Of a stretch of 64,000 nucleotides of DNA, positions 37,871 to 46,602 are shown piece by piece. A model generated the notes under the pieces. The model was not told the origin of the DNA, did no database searches, and saw only the letters and a list, made by a program, of their open reading frames with translations. The position numbers and the translations under genes were made by a program. The stretch spans positions 5,010 through 69,009 of the forward strand of contig JBNKMF010000011.1 in NCBI GenBank assembly GCA_050292965.1, read 5' to 3'. Source of the DNA: Gammaproteobacteria bacterium (GTDB lineage Bacteria > Pseudomonadota > Gammaproteobacteria > GCA-001735895). Every line of letters begins with the position of its first letter. Within the stretch, counting starts at the first letter, position 1.

Positions 37871-38665
37871 TCAGGGTAACCTACCAGCTTCAACCAGTTT
37901 AGAAAGCAAAAGATTTGTTGATAGCCAACGTATCAGATCATCATACTCAGCACCACTTTGGTTACTACGCTGAGCGTAGACAAAGATTCGATCCATTGTC
38001 GCAGCAACATTAAAGTTATCCAGATTCTCAGCCTGAATATTGGATGTTGAGTTCGCTTGATCTTTGCCTGTAGAAATTACAACAGCGGCAACTCGGGACA
38101 TGACTTCTTTCGTTCCAACAGGGCAGACAATCTGATCCCCTATTGCTGGACTATCATCACATATATGGATATCTCCAACCATATTACCGAAAACCTGAGC
38201 TTTAATATTTACCCGGTCTATAAAATCATCATTCGCCCCAGCCCCGTCAGATACTGCATATAAATAGGGTTTTCCCCACGGGTCGAGCAACCTGCCCATA
38301 TCATCATAACGACCTTGAATACCTAAAGTTTTCCCAGGTAAATATGCGAAGTCAGAATCGCAATCCCAGGTAACATTAACATCTTCTTCCCCATCAAAAT
38401 CAGTTGCTACCACCGTACTATCTGGGCAGGGCAAACGCCCATCAACCTGAGCAAAGCGGATCAGGTATTTTATGATAGAGTCCATTTCTTCATTTGCTGT
38501 TTCATATTGCTTCACATCATGCTGTGCAGGATAAATACCGACTGTGTAGCCTAACAATATAGTAACTATTAAAAACACCAGCGTCACCTCAACCAGTGTA
38601 AAACCAGATATTGCTTTAGGATTTATTGAATTAGAAAAGAATTTATACGGCTGCATGATATGCAT
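37871..38665 (-). CDS. Large prepilin-type protein (264 aa) with the GRLPCPD motif
   Basis: Leader …KAISG/FTLVEVTLVFLIV with Glu5. DGRLPCPD. Four Cys in the same pattern as the 258-aa paralog. Confidence 0.7.
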   Translation of the reverse strand: MHIMQPYKFFSNSINPKAISGFTLVEVTLVFLIVTILLGYTVGIYPAQHDVKQYETANEEMDSIIKYLIRFAQVDGRLPCPDSTVVATDFDGEEDVNVTWDCDSDFAYLPGKTLGIQGRYDDMGRLLDPWGKPYLYAVSDGAGANDDFIDRVNIKAQVFGNMVGDIHICDDSPAIGDQIVCPVGTKEVMSRVAAVVISTGKDQANSTSNIQAENLDNFNVAATMDRIFVYAQRSNQSGAEYDDLIRWLSTNLLLSKLVEAGRLP

Positions 38666-38693
38666 AGATTTAGTAATTAAATTATCATGCTAA

Positions 38694-39470
38694 TTATAAC
38701 TGCCCAGCATCTATCATTTTTGAATACAGAATATTCGGACTAATCCATTTCACGATATCATCATACTCAGCTCCTTTTACATCACTACGAGAAGTTTTTA
38801 CAAAAATTCGATCATTACTTGTCGCAGTCAGGCCTGCGTCTGTATTTTCTTTTTGAATATCCGAGTCAACCCGCCCCCTGTCTTTACCCAACGAAAGGAT
38901 AACAGCAGGCACATTTTCTGCTACAGCACCTGAGGCACCTCCAGGGCAAGTCAACTGAGTGCCTCCAACAGGCCCATTGGTTATACAGATAGACAGATCG
39001 GGAGCTAATCCAGCTATACCGACTGCTTTAATATCACCTGTGATAACAAAATCACCACCTGCACCCATTCCTGTATCATCTGATGTAACCTGATATCGAT
39101 AGGGCGACCCCCAGGGGTCTTGCAGTGAAAAATTACCATCCAAGCTACCATCTAAACCTAGTGTTTTAGTAGGAACATATCCGTACCACTCAGTGCAATC
39201 TGTGGTACCACCAGTTGGGTCCTCTACTCCATCAGGGGCATCCATATCATCGGCACACGGTAATCGTCCATTCACCTGTGCGAAGGCATACAGAGCATTC
39301 AGGATTTGATCCATTTCAGCATTCGCTTTACGGTATTGTTTCAACTCCTGCTGCACAGGGACCATGGCGACGGTATAACCCAACAGAATGGTGACAATAA
39401 TCAACACGATTGCAATTTCAATCAATGTGAAGCCTGTCATTTTATTCGCTTTTGGGCTCATCAGATGCAA
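38694..39470 (-). CDS. Large prepilin-type protein (258 aa) with the GRLPCAD motif
   Basis: Leader …NKMTG/FTLIEIAIVLIIV with Glu5. NGRLPCAD. C-terminus …YDDIVKWISPNILYSKMIDAGQL parallels the 264-aa paralog. Confidence 0.7.
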   Translation of the reverse strand: MHLMSPKANKMTGFTLIEIAIVLIIVTILLGYTVAMVPVQQELKQYRKANAEMDQILNALYAFAQVNGRLPCADDMDAPDGVEDPTGGTTDCTEWYGYVPTKTLGLDGSLDGNFSLQDPWGSPYRYQVTSDDTGMGAGGDFVITGDIKAVGIAGLAPDLSICITNGPVGGTQLTCPGGASGAVAENVPAVILSLGKDRGRVDSDIQKENTDAGLTATSNDRIFVKTSRSDVKGAEYDDIVKWISPNILYSKMIDAGQL

Positions 39471-41038
39471 CCCGTAACTTTAAGAGGGGGTGTAGTAGAT
39501 GGATCTACAACGATACAATACAGGAGATCATTAATATCACCAGTTGTAGGATCCGACCCTTTATAATACATAGTATCATTGCCGGTATAGGCAATATCTG
39601 AAGGATACTGATGCGCATTACTCTCAGTGGTCACGGTCGCAGAAGATTTGGCATCCAGATAGTTAGAGAGCTGGTTTTTTTCATCTGTAGACTCCAATGG
39701 TTCCGCATCTCTGGACTGAGTCGACACGATACTATCAGAATAAAAAACGATACCCGCTACTTTAGTACCCGCCGTTATTCCATTCACCGTTACACAATCA
39801 GTAGAGGTAATGCATCGGCTGTTTAACGAAGAAGTAGAGCCCCCCATTTGAAAATCAGAAGACACCACATAGAAAAAATGATCTTTCCAGTTTTGCCAGA
39901 GTTTCTTTTCAGCATCGGGGGTAGCACTAGTTCCTGCGCTTGTAGGCAGACAGCCAGCCTCCGAAATTATATCCTGCATATTAGCGAATACTTGTACGGG
40001 ACTAGATGTCACAGTGTTTTCTTTGTCGTTACTGTCTTTTATATTGAATGGAAAGCGTCCCATTAATAATGCAGGGCTATCCTGATCGTCATAATTTGAA
40101 TCGCTCCGATACTCACTCAAATCGATTGGTGCAGGCCAGGGTAACCAGTGATGTTCATTATTAGTATCATTCGCATAATTTGCCAAACATTGCGCCAGAG
40201 CTTTTGTGAGCTGATTAATCCCCTTTGTGCTATCACTGGTATCAAGATCTTTCTGAGCTTTAATCGCAGCCCAGTATTCTGATTTTGTGATCCACACCAT
40301 GCGGTCATTATATGCGCTATTTTCAAGATTTTTGCCTGCTGATGCATAGAGGTAGGTCCAAATGGTATCTGCGACTTTGGCATGATCGCTTGTATAATCT
40401 ATAACACCTCCTGATTCAAGATAATTACCTTCATCATAATTACCTCGACAAAGTCTCATACTGGGATCATCCAGACTTCTATCCTGATCACCCAAAGTAG
40501 CTCTGGGTGCAAAAATAATGGCAATAGGTCGATCCTCTGGATTGTTACCATAATACAGATTACCATCTTCATCTTGAATATCGAGTAATCCATTAGTATC
40601 TTCATTCAACATATCAGCTTTTGGCATGTCTTTATACTCACCCGAAACCACGTACCAGAGACACTCCCCTGCACTGTCTTTCAAGGCTTCTATACCCAGT
40701 GTTTTCCATGGTAAAAAACCCACTGAATTCACATGCTTACCACCACAAGAGGTATCCTGAGCACCTTCTGAGACGCCAGGGGAGGCTTCAAACTTGTGAT
40801 CGGGACAGGGTAGACGCCCCATTTCATCCAGTTTACTTGTTTTTTTATACTCCACAGCATAACTTAACAAAGCCTGTTTTGCTTTTCTTAACACAGCCTG
40901 ATCATGCTCAACCTTTTCAATATAGACGGTTTTTGTTTTATTCTGCATTAAGTTAGACCCAACAACACCGGCAAAGCCCAGCAGCACTACAATAAAAATC
41001 AACAGGGCAAAACCAGATTGATTAATTTGGATTCGCAT
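39461..41038 (-). CDS. Giant (525 aa) pilin-like protein lacking Glu5, GspK/PilX-like role
   Basis: MRIQINQSG/FALLIFIVVLLGFAG has no Glu at +5. MGRLPCPD motif. Overlaps the next gene by 10 nt. Confidence 0.6.
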   Translation of the reverse strand: MRIQINQSGFALLIFIVVLLGFAGVVGSNLMQNKTKTVYIEKVEHDQAVLRKAKQALLSYAVEYKKTSKLDEMGRLPCPDHKFEASPGVSEGAQDTSCGGKHVNSVGFLPWKTLGIEALKDSAGECLWYVVSGEYKDMPKADMLNEDTNGLLDIQDEDGNLYYGNNPEDRPIAIIFAPRATLGDQDRSLDDPSMRLCRGNYDEGNYLESGGVIDYTSDHAKVADTIWTYLYASAGKNLENSAYNDRMVWITKSEYWAAIKAQKDLDTSDSTKGINQLTKALAQCLANYANDTNNEHHWLPWPAPIDLSEYRSDSNYDDQDSPALLMGRFPFNIKDSNDKENTVTSSPVQVFANMQDIISEAGCLPTSAGTSATPDAEKKLWQNWKDHFFYVVSSDFQMGGSTSSLNSRCITSTDCVTVNGITAGTKVAGIVFYSDSIVSTQSRDAEPLESTDEKNQLSNYLDAKSSATVTTESNAHQYPSDIAYTGNDTMYYKGSDPTTGDINDLLYCIVVDPSTTPPLKVTGCI

Positions 41039-41046
41039 GGCTCAAA

Positions 41047-41502
41047 TTATTGCTGAATAGTTCGAAGGTAGGTCAAATCAAGAACTTCACCACTGACAGC
41101 CGAGTAATTTTTACCATCGGGGGCTGTAATAACGACAGAGCTGTTCTTAATCCTGATCTTAGATCCATCATCCATGACTTCTCCAGATTCATACGCCTGA
41201 CCATTTATCCATGCGGTCTTACTTCCCTCGTTATTCGTAGAAACTCCTGATATTTTGTAAGTTAATACTACCTCTTCCTTTTTTACCTCGCGCTCTGCAT
41301 CAACATTCTGTTGCTCTGGTTCAACTTGAGGCTGTATATTCTCAACCGGTTTATCCTCTTTATAACGATTGCTATCAATGATCTGGCGCTCCTTAGCGGT
41401 AGTAAACAGGGTTTGCATCTGCGATAGATCTTGCGATGAAACCTTTGCGCTATAACCGCATAAGAGCACGAGAACAAATAAAATATTTTTAACTTTTAGC
41501 AT
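41047..41502 (-). CDS. PilP/MshK/GspC-HR-like periplasmic protein
   Basis: Signal peptide, charged linker, and a C-terminal beta domain (…ISGVSTNNEGSKTAWINGQAYESGEVMDDGSKIRIKNSSVVI…). Confidence 0.5.
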   Translation of the reverse strand: MLKVKNILFVLVLLCGYSAKVSSQDLSQMQTLFTTAKERQIIDSNRYKEDKPVENIQPQVEPEQQNVDAEREVKKEEVVLTYKISGVSTNNEGSKTAWINGQAYESGEVMDDGSKIRIKNSSVVITAPDGKNYSAVSGEVLDLTYLRTIQQ

Positions 41503-42091
41503 CGATACTAATCCAGCGAATCACACAGTTTGAATTCAAGTTAGCTTTTTGTGTATCAAACCTTTTACCTACGGCTCCCAGTAAAGTCATACTGCAACTA
41601 TCTACTGTAAAAAGATTACTTATTGATGAACTCAGGCCATCCAGTAAGGCGAATAAATCTTCCTCATGTAATAAGGACATAGTCAATTCCATAGGTGAGC
41701 TTTTCACTTCGACCTTATTTTCAACTTTTAATTTTGGACGTTCAAAATCTTCCTGTGGTAATAAATTAAAGCTTAGCCTGGGCAGTTTAAGCACTGAATT
41801 GGTTGATCGCAGGCTTTCTATCCAGCTCAACCTGCGCTCTCCACCCACTAAACCACTAGCCTTATAATCCGAATACTTGACCGTATATTGTTCCAGCAAA
41901 TCTATATCCTTAACCAGATTTTTGTATTTCTTATGCGTTGCTCTCAGACTTGCTGTTCCCTTCTGATAAGCTGTTACCTGGGCTTCTTCGTATTGCAAAC
42001 CCGAGTACACCAGAGCAACTGATAAAATAACCGCTACCAAAAGAAATATCAGGGTTCGCTTAAGAAAAAGAAAGTCGATTTTATTTTTCAT
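41489..42091 (-). CDS. PilO/MshJ/GspM-like bitopic assembly protein
   Basis: Single TM helix, coiled-coil segment, small C-terminal domain. Its position between the PilM-N-like and PilP-like genes supports the call. Confidence 0.5.
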   Translation of the reverse strand: MKNKIDFLFLKRTLIFLLVAVILSVALVYSGLQYEEAQVTAYQKGTASLRATHKKYKNLVKDIDLLEQYTVKYSDYKASGLVGGERRLSWIESLRSTNSVLKLPRLSFNLLPQEDFERPKLKVENKVEVKSSPMELTMSLLHEEDLFALLDGLSSSISNLFTVDSCSMTLLGAVGKRFDTQKANLNSNCVIRWISIDAKS

Positions 42092-43670
42092 CTGTTATTA
42101 CCTTTCTTACAACCCGAATAGAAAACTCTGCCTTATTCTCACTTCTCTTTATATCGGAACTGACATCACCCGATAATCGGTTATTAGACTCAATATCTAA
42201 CGGACGTTTTAAAACAGTTACCGAGTCAAAATCATTTGACACTTTCATAGCATCTTCCAGATCGTCGACAGCACTTAATGCATATCGATAATTCCCATCA
42301 AACTCCAGGAATTCACCCGATATAACCGCTACTTCATATAGATCTTTTCCTACTGCTGCTGTTGATCTATTTCGACCACGCCCCGAGTTCTTCCCTCCCC
42401 ATGAAACATCGCTAATTGATATAGCATCTGCAGAGTTAGATATAAACCAGTCAAGTTTTTTTAAACGCATTAAATCAAACAGTGACAGGTGCTGGCTGAT
42501 TTTGACGAGCAAGTCTTCTGGTCGAGCCTGATAAAACCTGTCAATCTTCTCTACCGTTTTCACCACTGCCTGCATAGTTGTTGTACTGGTACTAGAATCC
42601 GTTCGACTGGCTGAAAGCTGATTAAATTTGGATTGATATTTTTGTTCGACTAACTGCATTTCATTTACAGTCTTACCATATAACATTCCCTTAACAACCG
42701 ATGTAGCAAAAAGTCCAGTTGACGTAGCAATCAATATAATACTAATAACTTTAGTAGTAACTGCTGCAAGATGATGATAAAAATATTTTTTCTCGGTGGC
42801 ATTTGCATAATGATTAGCTAGCATTTTTTTTGACGCATGGTAGCAAAATAAAATTGAGCTAAAGTCCTGTTCTTCATTAATCTCAATTTTTTCCTCATCT
42901 ATAACATCATTTACATTATGGATGTGATAATCAAAATACTCATCTTCTGCACACTTAATAGTTAGTTTATCTTTATGCCTTTCATTACAGAGTATATGCA
43001 CCGATATTACATCAGTCCGGTCTATAATCCTCTGACTAAAAAGATAGCGCTGGGTACCTTCTACATCTCGAACAACATCAGAGGCATAATCACCCTGATA
43101 AAAACTGGCAATAGGAACCAGGCGGCTGAGAATTAATTTACCATTAATGAAAACGGATTGACGAAGATTGCTGGGTACCTGTTGAGTCACCAGAATTATG
43201 CACTCATGATCGCCTTTAAACCTGGCGATAAAGTCTTCACTGATTAATGGCAGACTTAATATACCGGATAATGGGGTACGAGTAGAATCAATAATATCCA
43301 GCCAGGGTTTTAACAGGTACTGGTTAGTCAGCCCCATTAATAACAGATGTTCTTCTTTTCTACCTTTTTTTACAACTGACTGAGATTTAGCCAGACGATA
43401 CTCAGAATTTCTAAAAAACTTGGTGAAATTCCTGTTGATGATTTGAATTCTATCCGGACCTCTTAGAAAGGGTATCTTGACCTGACGAAACTCTTCTTCA
43501 ATCAAGTCTATTAATAACCGGACCGGCTCATTTTTAAGTGATTCAAGATAGGCCGTAAATAAATCCAGCCCCTGCTCATCTGGCTCAAAATAAACACTAC
43601 TTTGCAGCTTAGTCCCGGACCACTCCTGGGCAACCATTCTATATCCTGTAAAGTAGAGAACTCTTTTCAT
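42081..43670 (-). CDS. MshI/GspL-like fused PilM-PilN-type assembly protein
   Basis: A cytoplasmic domain of about 300 aa, one TM helix (VTTKVISIILIATSTGLFATSVV), and a periplasmic tail. Immediately downstream of the platform gene. Confidence 0.5.
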   Translation of the reverse strand: MKRVLYFTGYRMVAQEWSGTKLQSSVYFEPDEQGLDLFTAYLESLKNEPVRLLIDLIEEEFRQVKIPFLRGPDRIQIINRNFTKFFRNSEYRLAKSQSVVKKGRKEEHLLLMGLTNQYLLKPWLDIIDSTRTPLSGILSLPLISEDFIARFKGDHECIILVTQQVPSNLRQSVFINGKLILSRLVPIASFYQGDYASDVVRDVEGTQRYLFSQRIIDRTDVISVHILCNERHKDKLTIKCAEDEYFDYHIHNVNDVIDEEKIEINEEQDFSSILFCYHASKKMLANHYANATEKKYFYHHLAAVTTKVISIILIATSTGLFATSVVKGMLYGKTVNEMQLVEQKYQSKFNQLSASRTDSSTSTTTMQAVVKTVEKIDRFYQARPEDLLVKISQHLSLFDLMRLKKLDWFISNSADAISISDVSWGGKNSGRGRNRSTAAVGKDLYEVAVISGEFLEFDGNYRYALSAVDDLEDAMKVSNDFDSVTVLKRPLDIESNNRLSGDVSSDIKRSENKAEFSIRVVRKVITDEK

Positions 43671-43676
43671 AATTAT

Positions 43677-44882
43677 TTAAAAGTCTATGGTGCTAATAGT
43701 GTCATAAATTGGACCCAGTACAGAGAGCGCTAACCAAAGTACAATAATGCCAATTACTGCCATTAGTGAGGTTTGCAAAATGGGTTCAAGCTTATCGATC
43801 TCGTCATTTATATCTCTTTCATAAAAATAGCTTACATTTTTTAACGATTCATCCATTCGACCAGTAGATTCTCCCACGCGCAGCATTCGAATGACCAGAG
43901 GGGGAAATATCCCAATATTCTGGAAGCTTTCACTGATACTGCCACCTTCTGATATTTGAACCCACGCACGGTCAATACCATCTTCCAGCACTAGATTACT
44001 AACTACAGATTTACTCATTTTGATTGCATCGAGAACGGTAATTCCTGAAGCAAACATTAAGGCGAAGTACCTGGTAAAACGAGAAATTTTTATTTTTTCA
44101 TTCACATCACCAATGGGCCAGGCCCTGAGCAATATGCCATCCATTTTAAATCGAAATTTAGCGTTATTTTTATAAAAATGACTGATAACAAAGATCAGGG
44201 CTATGGGAGTCGCAATTACGATATACCAGTAATTAATCAAGAACCCTGATACTGCCATAAGCGCTCTGGTTTCCAACGGTATTTCTCCACCCAGAGATAC
44301 AATCGCACTCATTATGTCGGGCACGACAAATATCATCAGGAACATAATAACAGCCATAATCAATGAACCGATCACTGCTGGATAGGTCATGATTTTCCTT
44401 GCCTTACCGATTATTTCATCTTGCCATTTAAGGGTTTCTGTAATATCAGATAGTACTTCAGCCATTTTACCGCTGCGCTCTCCAACCTTAACCAGGCTGA
44501 CGAAGACGTTGTCAAACACCCTGGGATAGATTGCTAATGCTTTGGAGAAGGAATTACCACCCTCAACCGCTTCTATCACACTGGCAATAACATCACGGAA
44601 GCCTGGATTTTCTTCGCTTTCTCTCAAGTCTTTCAAGCCATCAAGGATAGGCACGCCTGATCGGGTTAACTGCTCAAGGTGAAAGCTAAAGTTTATAAGA
44701 TCACGGCGCTTAATTTTATTGCGTCCAAAAATATCTGCCCCGGGTTCTTTTTGCTTGAAAGTAATCAGGTCGAGGCTCATTTTTTCCAGACGTAATTCCA
44801 GATCGGCAATATTACCCGCGTCCAGACTCCCCTGAATAAATTTACCCGTCTTATCTATGGCTTTATATTTATATAGTGGCAT
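43677..44882 (-). CDS. GspF/PilC/MshG-family inner-membrane platform protein
   Basis: MPLYKYKAIDKTGK… N-terminus, two T2SSF repeats and three TM helices. Confidence 0.85.
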   Translation of the reverse strand: MPLYKYKAIDKTGKFIQGSLDAGNIADLELRLEKMSLDLITFKQKEPGADIFGRNKIKRRDLINFSFHLEQLTRSGVPILDGLKDLRESEENPGFRDVIASVIEAVEGGNSFSKALAIYPRVFDNVFVSLVKVGERSGKMAEVLSDITETLKWQDEIIGKARKIMTYPAVIGSLIMAVIMFLMIFVVPDIMSAIVSLGGEIPLETRALMAVSGFLINYWYIVIATPIALIFVISHFYKNNAKFRFKMDGILLRAWPIGDVNEKIKISRFTRYFALMFASGITVLDAIKMSKSVVSNLVLEDGIDRAWVQISEGGSISESFQNIGIFPPLVIRMLRVGESTGRMDESLKNVSYFYERDINDEIDKLEPILQTSLMAVIGIIVLWLALSVLGPIYDTISTIDF

Positions 44883-44886
44883 AGCG

Positions 44887-46602
44887 CTAGGTCATCCTGT
44901 CGGTCAGGTCAGTTACACGCGATATTTCTTCAATAGAAGTAATACCGCTTAGAACATGCCGTATCCCATCATCAGCAAGGGTGAAAAAACCTTGTTGATA
45001 AGCAACCTCTTTAATTTCTTTAGTTGTTGCACCATGCGCCAACATATCATCAAGATCAGAATTCATCTTGAGAATTTCCATCAGTGCCATACGCCCTTTA
45101 TAACCCGAGTTTTCGCAGGCTGAACAACCTTTGGCGCGATATATTTTATTTGGCCTAATGCCATCAGGGTTAGTTAAAAGCCTGAGCTCATGCTCGTCAG
45201 GATGGTATGCCTCCTTACAGTATTTGCACAATTTACGTATCAAGCGTTGCGCAATAACACCAATTATATTACCCGCCATAATTTCAGGCATAATGCCAAT
45301 ATCCCTTAACCGGGGCAGAGCACCAATGGCTGAGTTCGTGTGCAGTGTAGAATAAACCTGATGACCAGTCATTGCTGCGCGAAATGCCATTTCAGCTGTA
45401 TCTTCATCACGAATCTCACCGACTAGAATAATATCAGGATCCTGTCGCATTAAGGATTTAATACCATCTGCAAAGTTCATACCTGCCATATCACTGACCG
45501 AAGTTTGCCGAATCAATGGAAAGGGGTATTCAACCGGATCTTCCAGGGTCATGACATTAACTTTTTCTGTACTCATATGATTGAGTAGTGAGTAAAGCGT
45601 GGTAGTTTTACCACTACCTGTGGGGCCGGTTACCAAAATCATACCTTCTGGCCGAGACATCATAATTTTCAGCATTCGCATCGAGGCTTCAGGTAGCTCC
45701 AATCCATCCAGTGGAATGACGCCTTTTTCCCTGTCCAGCACACGCAGAACGATATTTTCACCATGAATGGTTGGCTGCGATGCCACACGAAAATCTATCT
45801 GTCGACCAATGATAATTCTTGAAATTCGTCCATCCTGAGGTGATCGGGTCTCAGCAATATTCATATCTGCCATGACCTTTAAGCGAACCGCAATTGCGGC
45901 CCAATAGGTTTTGTGCAGGCTTCGAATCTGCCTTAAAACACCATCTATTCGGTATCGAATGCGCAGGAAGCTTTCTTCTGGTTCAAAGTGAATATCTGAT
46001 GCGCCTCGCTTTACCGCATCCGCCATCATGACATCCACCAGTCTTACCAGCGGCTGACTGTATTCTTCAATATCACCCTGATAATTAGTGTAATCAGCTT
46101 CACCTGTCTCGATTTCACGCAAGATGCCATCGATGGACAGCTCATATCCATAGAACTGGTCTATGGCATTCGAAATTTCTGTTTCTCCAGCCAGTACTGG
46201 TGTGATATCAACATGCTGTCCAATCTGAATACGAATACGATCCAGTGTAAAAAGATTAAACGTATCCGACATAGCAATGGTTAGACTGCCTGTCGCACTG
46301 TTGTAATTAAGAGGGATAACCTTGTGTTTGCGCGCGGTCTCTGAGTCTATTAAAGTGATCGCTTCGGGATCTGGTACCACATTGGCAAGATCAACACTGT
46401 CCTGCTCCAGAGCTTCACCTAGTGCCGAACGCATTATAGCTTCGGTAGCAAACCCTAGATTTACCAGCAGCTTACCTAATGGTAAGTCGACTTTTTTCTG
46501 CTCAGTAAGAGCTATATTCAATTGATCAGGAGTGATAACTCCTTCATCGATGAGTATTTCACCCAGCCTTTTTGGCTTGTTTGGAGCATGCACAGTTTTC
46601 AC
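44887..46602 (-). CDS. GspE/PilB/MshE-family assembly ATPase with an MshEN-type N-terminus
   Basis: Walker A GPTGSGKTT, Asp and His boxes, a tetracysteine motif (CKYC…CSAC). N-terminal RLGEILIDEGVITPDQLNIALTEQ plus LGKLLVNLGF. Confidence 0.9.
   Translation of the reverse strand: MKTVHAPNKPKRLGEILIDEGVITPDQLNIALTEQKKVDLPLGKLLVNLGFATEAIMRSALGEALEQDSVDLANVVPDPEAITLIDSETARKHKVIPLNYNSATGSLTIAMSDTFNLFTLDRIRIQIGQHVDITPVLAGETEISNAIDQFYGYELSIDGILREIETGEADYTNYQGDIEEYSQPLVRLVDVMMADAVKRGASDIHFEPEESFLRIRYRIDGVLRQIRSLHKTYWAAIAVRLKVMADMNIAETRSPQDGRISRIIIGRQIDFRVASQPTIHGENIVLRVLDREKGVIPLDGLELPEASMRMLKIMMSRPEGMILVTGPTGSGKTTTLYSLLNHMSTEKVNVMTLEDPVEYPFPLIRQTSVSDMAGMNFADGIKSLMRQDPDIILVGEIRDEDTAEMAFRAAMTGHQVYSTLHTNSAIGALPRLRDIGIMPEIMAGNIIGVIAQRLIRKLCKYCKEAYHPDEHELRLLTNPDGIRPNKIYRAKGCSACENSGYKGRMALMEILKMNSDLDDMLAHGATTKEIKEVAYQQGFFTLADDGIRHVLSGITSIEEISRVTDLTDRMT

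Noticed and set aside
35374-44900. Compositional island (lower GC) suggesting horizontal acquisition of the second filament system
   Set aside because: The region looks more AT-rich by eye than glnA-ntrBC or the msh genes. I cannot compute GC or codon statistics here, and there is no flanking tRNA, integrase or direct repeat. It is left as an untested impression.
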